A DNA stretch of 64,000 bases from Mobula hypostoma (Eukaryota), in the NCBI RefSeq assembly GCF_963921235.1, contig NC_086108.1:29452001-29516000 (forward strand), given 5' to 3'. Position numbers and translations under genes: made by a program. Below are positions 1-10,833 of the stretch, in pieces (the stretch's first letter is position 1; each line of letters starts with the position of its first letter). The notes under the pieces were generated by a model. It saw only the letters and a list, made by a program, of their open reading frames with translations. It made no database searches and had not been told where the DNA came from.

Positions 1-454
1 ATGTTCTAATTGATAAGATTCTTTTTCTTTATTTTGTGTTATCTACAGCTCAAGTTCCATGCAGAAGTACAGTAATAAGGATATTGAGCCTGATAGTCAA
101 GAACTTGTTAAATGAGATATCCTTTAAACTCATTTGAAGGGTATTCTGTCACCCTCCTGTGTTGAGCCTTATAAACAAGGACCCTTCAGGTGTCAATTAG
201 TATGTTATTCCTCACAGTGTACCCAGCATATGGTGTTCTTTTGTAGCCAATGCATTTACCTGGTCAGTTCAGTTAAATTACTGGCCTTCATTGTCAACAT
301 GACAAAAAAGCAAGTAGCTTTGGCAATGCTTGTGCCACTGAAGGTTGTGTTAAACTTTTTACTTTCTTTTCTGGTAGGAGATTGGTCTTCGTTGGTACCT
401 TTATCAGCCTAAGCCTGGAGTTAGCTAGTCTCAGCTATGCCTCCTGGAGGGATA

Positions 455-846
455 CCACATTTACCCTTGGACTAAAGGTTTTAAATACCTTTGCTGTGGC
501 CTCTGCAATTTCTGGACTAGCATCCCACAAGGTCAGAGGGGACACCTTGTCAGGCTCTGGGAATTTATCCTCCCTAATTTCCCGCAAGACAGCAAGCTCC
601 TCTTCCTCTGTAATCTGTATACAATGCATGACCTCGCTGTTGTTTTGCTTTAGATCCTGAGTAAACACAGATGCAGAAAATCCATTTGAGGACCTCCATG
701 TCTCTTTCAGCTCCATGCATTAGGTGACCATGCTGATCTTCAAAAGGACCAATTTTGTCCATTGCTATCCTGATGCTTTTAATTTATCTGTATAAGCCCT
801 TAAGACTCTCCTTTGCCTTGTCTGGTAGAGCAACCTCATGCCTTCT
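455..846 (-). mobile_element. CR1-clade LINE ORF2 fragment (pre-RT region), inverted relative to the adjacent fragment
   Basis: Minus ORFs 435-716 and 574-762 give DKIGPFEDQHG and IQITEEEELAVLREIREDK...EIAEATAKVFKT, homologous to the CR1 copy at 10960-12190. Confidence 0.85.
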
Positions 847-850
847 GCAA

Positions 851-2285
851 GAGCAAATTTGCGGATGACATCAAGACTGGTGGTGCAGTGGACAATGAGG
901 AAGGCTATTAAAGCTTGCAGCAAGATCAGGACCAGCTGGAAAAATGGGCTGACAAATGGCAGACGGAAATTAACGTAGACAAGTGTGAGGTGTTACATTT
1001 TGGGAGGACAAACTAGGGCAGGACTTACATGGTATACAGTAGGGCAATGAGAATTGTGGTAGAATAAAATGATGTGGGAATACAGATCCATAATTCCTTG
1101 AAGGTGGCATCACAGGTAGATAGGGATATAAATGGAGCTTTTGGCACATTAGCCTTCATAAATCAAAGTATTGAGTATAGGAGTTGAGCTGTTATGACAA
1201 AGTTGCATGCCGTTGGCAAATCCCAATCTGGAGTATTATGCACAGGTCTGGACACATGCTTAAGGGAGCATATCAATGAGATTGAAAGACTGCAGAGAAA
1301 ATTTAAAAGGGTGTTGCCAGGACTGGAGGACATGACTTTAGGGAAAGGTTGAAAAGTTAGGAATTTATTTCCTGGAGTGTGGGGAATGAGGGGAGATTCA
1401 AAGTTCAAAGTAAATTTATTTTCTAATACATACTGTACATGTTACCATATACTACCTTGAAATTAATTTTCTTGAAGGCATTCACAGGAAAACAAAAAGA
1501 AAAACAGTGGAATCAATAAGAAACTACACACAAAGTCTGATAAATAACCAATGTGCAAAAGAAGACAAACTGTGCAAGCAAAAATAAATAAATAAATAAA
1601 CAAACAAGTAGTGCTGGGAGCATGAGTTGTAGAATCTTTGAAAGTGTGTCTATCGTTTGTGGAATCAGTTCAGTGTTGATGTGAGTGAAGATATCCAAGC
1701 TCATTCAGGAACCTGATGGTTGAAGAGTAATAACTGTTCCTGAACCTGGTGGTATGGGACCTAAGTCTTCTGTATCTCCTTCCCAATGGCAGCAGAAGGA
1801 AGAAAGAATGGCTTTGCCTTTGATGGATTAGGCTCTATCCACCACTTTCATCAACTTTTCCGTACCTGGGCATTGATGTCTCCATCTCAAGTCACAATGC
1901 AACCAGTCAGGACACTCTTCACTGCATCTATAGCAGACACAATTATGAGCAGTACAGATAGGGTAAATGCAAGTTGGCTCTTTCTTTCTACTGAGGTTGG
2001 GTGAGACTAGAACTAGGGGTCATGGATTAAGGGTGAAAGTTGAAAAGTTTAAGGGGAACATGAGTTGGGACTTCTTCACCCAGAGGGTGGTGAGAGAGTG
2101 GAATGAGCTGCCAGCAAAAGTGGTGGATGTGATTCAATTTCAAGATTAAAAAAAAATTGAATAAACACATGGATAGGAGGGGTGTGGAGCATTATGGTCC
2201 AAGTGCATGTCAATGGGACTAGTTCAGCCTGGACTGGATGAGTGGAATGACCTGCTTCTATACTAAAGTGCTCTGTGACCCTACA
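851..2285 (+). mobile_element. CR1-clade LINE 3' portion, interrupted by a Rex1/Babar insert at ~1400-1935
   Basis: agcaaatttgcggatgac encodes SKFADD (RT catalytic motif). Downstream are DKCEVLHFG, a LEY..Q.W-like region and, after the insert, the TRTRGH and FFTQRVVREWNELP C-terminal motifs. Confidence 0.9.
1400..1935 (-). mobile_element. Rex1/Babar-type LINE 3' fragment nested in CR1
   Basis: Starts with aagttcaaagtaaatttatt, the reverse of the 3' tail shared with copies at 16515, 46049, 54290 and 58055. Also has the cctgatggttgaag...ctgttcctgaacctggtggt block found in the coding copy at 46260-46620. Confidence 0.75.
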
Positions 2286-2746
2286 GACAGAGGTGGGAAT
2301 AATTGATCCAGATTCCTGTTTCCATGGCATATTCATTGACACTTGATGAAAACTAAACGATTCACAGAAGGTTGGGCCACTTTTCTGTAAATCTTGACAA
2401 ACTGAATAATCATAAGCATGGCAAGTTATCAATGAGCACTTGCATATAGTATTGCAAGCAGCACCCGCAGGAAAAGGGAGATGGGCAAAAATGTACAAAG
2501 GTCTATTCCAACAAAAAGTGCTAAAGCTCTCAAACGCTAAGTTAAATGTCAACACTGCAGCTGAAAGCAATATCTAAATACTAAATGCAAACTGCTCCTT
2601 TCCGTTGTCGGTGGAAACGGCAGTATGAAGGTATAAGGGTAAGCAGGGAGTGTAACAATGTCAAGTCTCGACAAGACTACTATGAAAAGAAGGGAGTTAA
2701 ATACCGCCATAATGAAACAGTAATTAGCTGAAACGTACATACTCAC

Positions 2747-2812
2747 GAGTGCAGCTGCTAAACCTGCTGTGCAGTCCTCGTGCGGGTACGTAAACCCCAC
2801 AGCAGAGTCCAT
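2747..2812 (-). CDS. Candidate first coding exon of an unidentified divergently oriented gene (MDSAVGFTYPHEDCTAGLAAAL)
   Basis: Minus strand reads GCCATGG (strong Kozak), 22 codons, then a consensus GTGAGT donor at 2746. It lies in a small non-repetitive CpG-retaining patch (~2600-2810). No protein homology recognised. Confidence 0.3.
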
Positions 2813-2941
2813 GGCTGTGACATCAGTTTGAACTGGAAAAATAAGATATTTTGAATTGTAGAAAAGTGGGAGGAATACTTATTCCTGAATCAGAATCACT
2901 GAAATCAGACAGGTGATGTGGCTTCTTATCACATGGACGTA

Positions 2942-4540
2942 CAGTGCCTATGAAAAGTATTCACACCCCCGCCCCCCCGCCTTGGAAGTTTTCATGTTTT
3001 ATTGTTTTACAACATTGAATCACGGTGGATTTAATTTGGATTTTTTGACACTGATCAATAGAAAAGGACTCTTTTGTGTCAAAGTGAAAACAGATCTCTA
3101 CAAAGTGATCTAAATTAATTGCAAATATACAACATGAAATAATTAATTGCATAAGTGTTCACCTCCTTGGTAGATGCACTTTTGGCAGCAATTACAGCCT
3201 TGAGTCTGTGTGGATAGATCTCTATCAGCTTAGCACATCTGCACACCGCTATATTTCCCAATTCTTCTTCACAAAACTGCTCAAGATCTGTCAGATTGCA
3301 TTGGGGATCATGAGTGAACAGTCCTTTTCAAGTCTAGCCACAAAGTCTCAATTGGGTTGAGGTCTGGACTCTGACTTGGCCACTCCAGGACATTAACCTT
3401 GTTGTTTTTAAGCCATTCCTGTGTATTGGCTTTATGCTTGGGGTCATTGTCTTGCTGGAAAACCAATCTTCTCCAAAGTCTCAGTTCTCTTGCAGACTTC
3501 ATCAGGTTTTCTCTGTATATTGCTGCATTCATTTTACTCTCTGCCTTCACAAGCCTTCCAGGGCCTGCTGCAGTGAAGCATCTCCACAGCATGATGCAAC
3601 AATTACCATGCTTCACGGTTGGGATGGTAAGTTTTAGATGGTGTGCAGTGTTTGGTTTACGTCAAACATAGCTTTTAGTCTGATGGCCAAAAAGCTCGAT
3701 TTTGGTTTCATAAAACCATAAAGTCATCTTTCAGCTGATTTCAGAGTCTCCCATATGCCTTCTGGCAAACTCTAGCTGAGACTTCATGAGAGTTTTTTTT
3801 CAACGGTGGCTTTCTCTTTGCCACTCTCACATAAATCTGTGACTGGTGAAGCACCCGGGCAACAGTTGTTGTATGCACATATTCTCTCCCATCTCAGCCA
3901 CTGAGTCTTGTAACTCCTACAGAGTCTCTTGGTGGCCTTCCTCATTAGTCCCCTTCCTGCACAGTCACTCAGTGTTCTCTAGGGAGTTATTCATCTGTGC
4001 CATATTCTTTCCATTTTTTTGATGAATGACTTAACTAAACTCCAAGGGATATTCAGTGACTTGGAAATTTTCTTGTGTCCATCTCCTGACTTGTGCTTTT
4101 CAATAACTTTTTCACGGAGCTGCTTGCAGTGTTCTTTTGTCTTCATGGTGTAGTTTTTGCCAGGATACTGACTCACCAGCATTTGGACCTTCCAGACACA
4201 TGTGTATTTTTACTACAGTCAATCGATCCATTTTGACTGTACACAGGTCTCCAAAAACAAATCTCCATTTAACTAGTTATGTGACTTCTAAAACCAATTG
4301 GCTGCACCAGTGATGATTTGGTGTGTCATATTAAAGGAGGTGAATACTTATGCAATCAATTATTTTGAGTTTTATATCTGTAATTAATTTAGATCACTTT
4401 GTAGAGATCTGTTTTCACTTTGACACGAAAGAGTCTTTTTCTGTTGATAGTGTCAAAAGCCACATTAAATCCACTGTGTTATAAACCAATAAAACATGAA
4501 AACTTCCGGGGGGGGGGGTGAATACTTTTTATAGGCACTG
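2942..4540 (-). mobile_element. Tc1-family DNA transposon (IR/DR type), full length, disrupted transposase
   Basis: TIRs of ~210-230 bp (2942-3168 and 4334-4540) start CAGTGCCTAT, with TA on the left flank. Transposase pieces: MKTKEHCKQLREKVIEKHKSGDGHKKISKSLNIP (paired-like DNA-binding domain), [16 protein letters not shown] and [12 protein letters not shown]. Confidence 0.96.
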
Positions 4541-5549
4541 TGTACAAATTGATCCCTACAGTTTATTAAGGAAATCTGACACTGAGCCAAGCAAGGAATT
4601 TCTACAATGCTGCTTGGTTTTTAAGGAAGTTTATTAAAGGATTTCTGTGCGTGAGGATCAGACAGCTGTGGTTAACAATGCAGAAGATATGAAGCAAGTG
4701 TAAGAGGCCACAAATGGAAGAGAACAAAAATCTCAAAGAAAGAAGGTTACAGATATAATGAAAGGCAATGCAACATACAGAATGGAAAAGAAGGAGAGGA
4801 TTTCTAACATTGCTAAGATTTCTGTGTGTTACTCTGCAAAGTCTATAATATAGAAGTGGCTAATGCCGTGCCCTAAAACAATGCCTGATACTGAATTCTT
4901 TGTCTGCTATTAAGTAGTGCCTTTCAATATCATCTTAGAAATGGAATGTCATCAAATAAGGTCAGAAGAAGAAATCTGAAACATCTCCAGTTTCCAATCA
5001 TTAAAACAAAGATGGATTGTTCAAAGTAATGGCTGAATTACCAACAGAACAACGTTCTGTAAAATTCTACCATTTGTTCACTATGCTCTAATTTTCTTAC
5101 ATTTACTTGAAGTAAATGGATTAATTATGTGGGGCATTTTGGTTGACTGAAATGTAAACTATTTCAACTGTACTCTCCATTTCTTCTCAAGTTGGCTCTG
5201 CTCCTGGACTCTTTGTTCTGTCTCATCTGCTGTATGTTCCTTAACCCCTTGTTCCTCATAAAGTCATGCATGTTATTTTCTATTTGATTCTCTGATTTAT
5301 TTATTTGATTGCCTTTCTTATGGGAGTAAATAAACTAAATTTAAAAAAAAAACAGTTTGCTTATTCCTGGCCAAGTGTGATGTGCATTTTAGGAGAGAAA
5401 CATGAATGAAATCCTTTTAGAATTTAAGGACTTAATAAATGCAGCTTTTTATTGATTCATTCTCGGGCAATGGTTCCTGCAACATATTTTAAATATCTAT
5501 GGCTGAATTTTTGACAGTGAACTGGAAATAACAAGTGTGTATCATGCTT

Positions 5550-5790
5550 TTCTTCCATTTAGGCAGTGCCTCTGGATTGAGGATGGCTTGCTTCTATTCC
5601 AGAGGTGTGAGCTCTGAAGTGGCCGACAAGGCCGGCATGGGAAACCACAGGTTAACCCAAAGATGTGGCAGCAGGTGGCGGAGTAGGTTTTGGGATGGTG
5701 CAGCTCCTTCTGATGTTTAAATGGGGATTCCGTTTGCTCCAATATCCAGACCCAATGATCTCAATGGCATCGAAGCTGCTTTTCCCCCCA
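5550..5790 (-). mobile_element. Probable RTE-clade LINE 3' fragment, degenerate
   Basis: aggcagtgcctctggattgaggatggcttgcttc resembles, from memory, the reverse 3' region of vertebrate RTE elements; no clean ORF. Confidence 0.35.
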
Positions 5791-5854
5791 GTTTGGAAGA
5801 TCGGGAAATTCTCACAAGTCAGTGGGGAAGTTTTATGCATTCATTTGTTGATTG

Positions 5855-6101
5855 AGATACAGCACGGCATAGGCACTTTCGAGCCTTCAAGCAATCCCCC
5901 AATTTAATTCTGGCCTAATCACGAGACAATTTACAATGACCAATTAACCTACCAACCGGTAAGTCCTGGACTGTGAGAGGAAACCAGAGCATCAGGAGAA
6001 AACACACACGATCATGGTGAGAATGCTCAAACCCCTTACAGATAGCGGCGGGAATTGGACCTGGGCTGCTTGTACTGTAAAGCGTTCTGCTAACCACTAT
6101 G
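5855..6101 (-). mobile_element. HE1/V-SINE-type tRNA-derived SINE
   Basis: Reverse strand has a tRNA-like head, the V-domain core (gtttgagcattctc...gtgtgtgttttctcctgatgctctggtttcctctcacagtccaggac) and a CR1-like tail. Confidence 0.75.
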
Positions 6102-7028
6102 TGGTCATGTACAGGATTTGAGCACATCCACTTGTTTAACTCCACCCCTGTGACAGAGTGTCTGATTGGAGAGGGTGATGTCAGACAAAGTGCCCCAGGC
6201 AGTGTAGCCAGCAGAGCGTAACTAGGCCCATCTTCTGCATTATTAAAAAATCCACATGAAGGAGTTGTTCCCATCAGTCAAATTTGTTATTGGAATGTCA
6301 AGATTTTGAACCTTAGGCTACAAAAGAACAACAAACAGGTTCTTGTCAACAGAGTTCATGTTACATGGTGGAAGTTTGTGATATTTTGTGAAGCTAGTCT
6401 GGGCCCAGCTGTCACCTATGCCACTTTGACGTGAAGTAATTTTAAAAAAATGAAGGTACTGACGGTCCACACATAATGGACAGGTTTTGTTTATGCAGAT
6501 GACCATGTATAAATTCACATGTCTGTACATTGCGATGGAGTCATAATATAAAGGTTTTTACTCCCTCACATTGTGGGACAGATGTAAGATTTAAATAAAT
6601 TCAGATTCAAGTCAATTTTATCTGCAAGATACACAAAGATGTCAATGGTAACCACACCTACACAGCTTTGTAATGAATGGTATCAAACGCACAAAAGACT
6701 GATAAGAAAAAAAACAATTGTCAAAAGTGAACAGAGAACTGAAACTAGTTCTGCCATTCTTAGGAACGACTGTATGTTCCTATGTTGGAATTTGATAATA
6801 TTTTGGGAGCTTGGGAAATATTGGATATTTTAAAATAGAAAAATAAGCACACAACATTTCTGACACTGGAGAAAATAAGTATATTGACTTTATTGCGTCA
6901 GATTTGCAATCTTTGCACTTACCATGAAAAAATAACACTGTGAGACTTATTTATCAACAAGCCGAAATATGAATAAATATTTTTTTCAAACATCTTGTGT
7001 AATTTTCTACTAAACTGAATCATAATAG

Positions 7029-7341
7029 TGTGGCGTGTGGCCAAGAGGTTAAGGCATTGGACTAACGATCTGAAGGTCGTGAGTTTGAGTCCCAGCCGAG
7101 GCAGAGTGTTGTGTCCTTGAGCAAGGCACTTAACCACACACTGCTCCAGTCCACTCAGCTGAAAATGGGTTCTGGCGAAATGCTAGGGGTTAACCTCATG
7201 ATAGACTGGCGTCCTAACCGGGGGGGGGGGCGGGGGCGGTGGGGAATCTCGTACTCTCAGTCACTTCACGCCACGGAAACCGGCATAAGCACCGCCTGAT
7301 GAGCCTATAAGGCTCGGGGCAGACTTTAACTTTAAATAACT
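7029..7341 (+). mobile_element. Young tRNA-derived SINE with 11-bp TSD
   Basis: A-box-like TGGCCAAGAGG and B-box-like GTTTGAGTCCC, then GTGTCCTTGAGCAAGGCACTTAAC and an ACTTTAACTTTAA tail. Flanked by AATCATAATAG at 7018-7028 and 7342-7352. Confidence 0.9.
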
Positions 7342-8009
7342 AATCATAATAGACAGATCATATTAAAGATTAGAGAGTTATTTGTACATGTGGATCACTG
7401 GCTACAATTTGTCCTGTAGTTCACCAGATGTGGCAAGCACAATAGTACTTTGTAGATCTATATCAGGTTGAATGAGAACCACACAAGGAGAGCTTAAAAT
7501 TAAATACAAGCAACTGTGATACTTAATTTTAGTATCAGAAGCCTACCTCTGAGTTAATAAGGAGAAATAATTTTGCATTATATATTTTCCTTAATGTAAA
7601 CTTGAAATTAAGAACAAACTGTCAAAATTACAGGAAAAAATGGCACATTAAGAAGGACTAGCCACTGTTTTGGTTGATATAATCCTTTAAATAAAAGATT
7701 GCAACTCAGTGCTTCAGCTGCCTTTTTCAGAAGGGAAAGCATATTAGACCGCAGCTCATCTATAGTCTGCTATCAGCAGCTAAACAGCCTTCCGTTTTTG
7801 CTTTTATCTATATAAATCTTGAAATAAAAATGCAACCTACTATAATTATTTTCCTGCCTGAGTGACCTGTTGACCTGTTTTTATGGGTGCTGTAAGTGAT
7901 GTGATATGCTGAAATTTGCAATTGAATCAATTTTATTAAAGATAATTGCAAAATAAGGCTACATCATTGTTTCAACACAATTCAATGGTCCAATGCTACC
8001 ACTTAATAT

Positions 8010-8235
8010 TGGAGTATGCATACTTCTTACTCTTCACAGAGATCCACAAAACAGAAGAAAACCCAAAAAAATGAATGACAGAAAAAAATGTTAGAACCCC
8101 AAAGCACCCAAACCCCTTCCCATGCACAAGCAGCAGCAAAGCATCAACCCTCCCATCTCCCTCTCCCCCCCAACTTGTTGAAGTAGGAAGCATCAGCGCC
8201 CATCACCCACCAAGCATGCAGTAGCAAAGCAACCA
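8010..8235 (-). mobile_element. 3' fragment of the short retroposon family also seen at 34187-34990
   Basis: Shares aatgaatgacag...aatgttagaacccc...gcagcaa...cacccacc blocks with 34300-34450. Confidence 0.55.
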
Positions 8236-8319
8236 ATTTTTCTAAATCTTTCTCTCCACAGTTCTGTATCTCCAATAATGTTCTGACCGCAATGGAGCTT
8301 GCCTTCAGAACTAATGAGA

Positions 8320-9365
8320 AATGGTTTGACTTACAGTGACTACAGTCCAGAATCAAGGTTACCTGAGCCTCAGTAGTTAAGCTGCAATATGCAGATGATG
8401 CTTCCTTTTTCTTTCAAGCTCCAAGCATTTGCATCCCATTCAGAGAAGCACGTGAAAGGACATCATCATACTCAACATCTACAACTCAAAATTCCTCCAT
8501 TAACCTGCTGACTCTGCACCATACAAAATTGCAACAGTAAAAATTAACAATGCGTCTCTGGAATACATGAACCATGTCCCTTATTCAGGGAGCCACCTCT
8601 TGGCCAAGGCACACATTAGTGATGAAATTCACCATTGACTTCAATGTACCAGCACAGAGTTTGATTAATTGTCCAAGAGTGTATTTGAAGATCAAGACCC
8701 TTAGATCTCATACAAAACACACATCTACTACGCAGAAGTGATCAGTGCCCAAGAATCCCGGACTACCTGTAGAGGGCATCTCATAATACTGGAAAAATAC
8801 CAGCAATGCTGTCTCCGTAAAATTTTCCAAATCCGTTGGAAGAATAAGTGAACCAAAGTTGGTGTCCTCTTTCCAGTGAACACCCCAAGAACTGAGGCCA
8901 CAGTCACTCATGTAGCTTCATTGGGTAAACCATATTGTTTACATAACCAACACCAGATTCCCAATCACAAACAAGAAAAAATCTGCAGGTGCTGGAAATC
9001 CAAGCAACACACACAAAATGCTGGCAGAACTCAGCAGCCAGACAGCATCTATGGAAAAGAGTACCATCGACATTTTAGGCCGAGACCCAATCCTGACAAT
9101 ATGCCCAAAACCCAGACCTGATGAAGGGTCCTCTTGTAATCTTTTCTATAGATGCTGCCTGGCCTGCTGAGTTCCTCCAGCATTTTGTGTGTGTTGACCA
9201 GATTCCTAAATATATTCCAAGTTCCAAAACGCTTTATAATGGCAAGAGATTTTCAGGTGAACAGGGGAAAAAACTCAAGCATGTGCTTAGATCCTACTTG
9301 AAAAAGTGCATTATCTCCACTGACTCCTGTAAGTTCCTAGCCCATGGCCGCCAGAAATAGAGAGG
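8320..9365 (+). mobile_element. Degenerate RTE-clade LINE RT/C-terminal fragment, interrupted at ~8967-9200
   Basis: ctgcaatatgcagatgatgc encodes LQYADDA. YSGSHL, VFEDQD and LEKYQQCCLRKIFQIRWK motifs follow, typical of RTE ORF2. Confidence 0.7.
8967..9200. mobile_element. Palindromic pair of Penelope terminal-repeat fragments with no ORF
   Basis: The left arm (acacacaaaatgctggcagaactcagcagccagacagcatctatggaaaag) is the near reverse complement of the right arm (cttttctatagatgctgcctggcctgctgagttcctccagcattttgtgtgtgt). Both match the PLE ends at 27553 and 33790. Confidence 0.75.
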
Positions 9366-10833
9366 AAGCAATATCATTAATGCCTGATATAACGTTGCCA
9401 TGGAGTTTCTCAAAGCCATCATTATCAACATATCTGCATGATATTTGATTTAAAAGGAAAGGAATAGTTGAAGGTCACCTGTGAAAATATGTGGCAATCT
9501 TTAATGGAGAACTGATGAAAATTCATTAATTCTGGATGGGTTATTCCATTGAGACAGGGAAAAGATTGGAGAATTAAGAAAATTTTTGTTCCGATATTTT
9601 GCACTATTTATTTGATTTATTTTTAATATACAGTACACTTTTATTGTAATTTACGGTTTTCATTACTATGTATTGCAGTGTATTGCAATTTCTTGACATA
9701 TGCTGGCAATACTAAACCTGATTCTGCTTCAGAACCATGGTTGGCAAGAGAGGTAGGACTTTTAGTCAAGAGGATGGAAGATGCATACTTACGGTTTAGG
9801 AAGTAAAGATCAATCAGGGCTCTTGAGAGTTATAAGGAGCATGGAAGGATCTTAAGAAAGGAATTAGGAGAAGCTAGAAGAGTACATGAGAAGGCCTTGG
9901 CTAGTAGAATTGGCAAATCCTAAGACATTCTGCACATACATGAAGAACAGGAAGATGACTAGAGTGAAGGTAGAACTGCTCAGGGACAAAGAGGGAAATG
10001 TGCCTAGTGTCAGAGGAGGTATGGAGATTGTTATTGAATTATTTGCTTCAGTATTCATCAATGAGGGGGACTTTGATGACTGTGAGGTCAGTTTAGAACA
10101 GGCTAATGTGCTGGGGCATGCTGAGATTAAGAAACAGCCAGTGTTGAAGCTTTTGAAAGATATTAGGATAGATTAAGTCCCTGGAGCTGGATGAGATATA
10201 TCCTTGGTTACTAGAGGAAGTGTGGGAGCAGATGGCTGGGGCATTGAAGATGATCTTTCCATCTTCACTGGCCACGCGAACAGGATTGGAGGATGGCAAA
10301 TGTTGTTCCTTTGTTCAAGAGGGAAATAGGATAATCCTGGGGATTATCCACCTGCTGAGTTTTAAACCAGTCGTGGGCAAACTAATAGAGAGGATTCTTA
10401 GGGACAGGATTTATGAGCATTTGGAGAAGCATAGTCTGATTAGTGAGAGTCAGCATTGCTTTGTGAGGAGCAGGTCGTGCCTCACAAGCCTGGTTGAAGA
10501 GGTGACAAAACAAATTGATGAAGATAGAATGGTAGATGTGGTGTATATGGACTTTTGTAAGGCATTTAACAAGATAGCTCACCCAGAATGCTATGAGGCA
10601 TAGGATCCATAGAAACTTGAGACCATAAACAGGCTTGCCCAGAGAAGGCAGGGGGTGGTAGAAAATTGTGTGTATTCTGCCCGGAGGTCCGGAACTAGTA
10701 GTGTTCTGCAGGGATCTGGGACCCTTGTTCTTTCTGAGTTTTGTAAATTACCTGGAAGAGGAAGTGGAATGGAAGGTTAATAAGCTTGCAGATTATTTGA
10801 AGGCTGATGGAGTTGTGGATAGTGAGAAGGTTG

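Noticed and set aside
49..115. Possible plus-strand terminal exon after a pyrimidine tract and CAG (SSSMQKYSNKDIEPDSQELVK*)
   Set aside because: Short, no recognisable homology and at the window edge; such acceptor-like sites are common by chance in AT-rich DNA.
7029..7105. tRNA gene
   Set aside because: The tRNA-like head continues into a SINE body and tail and is bounded by a TSD.
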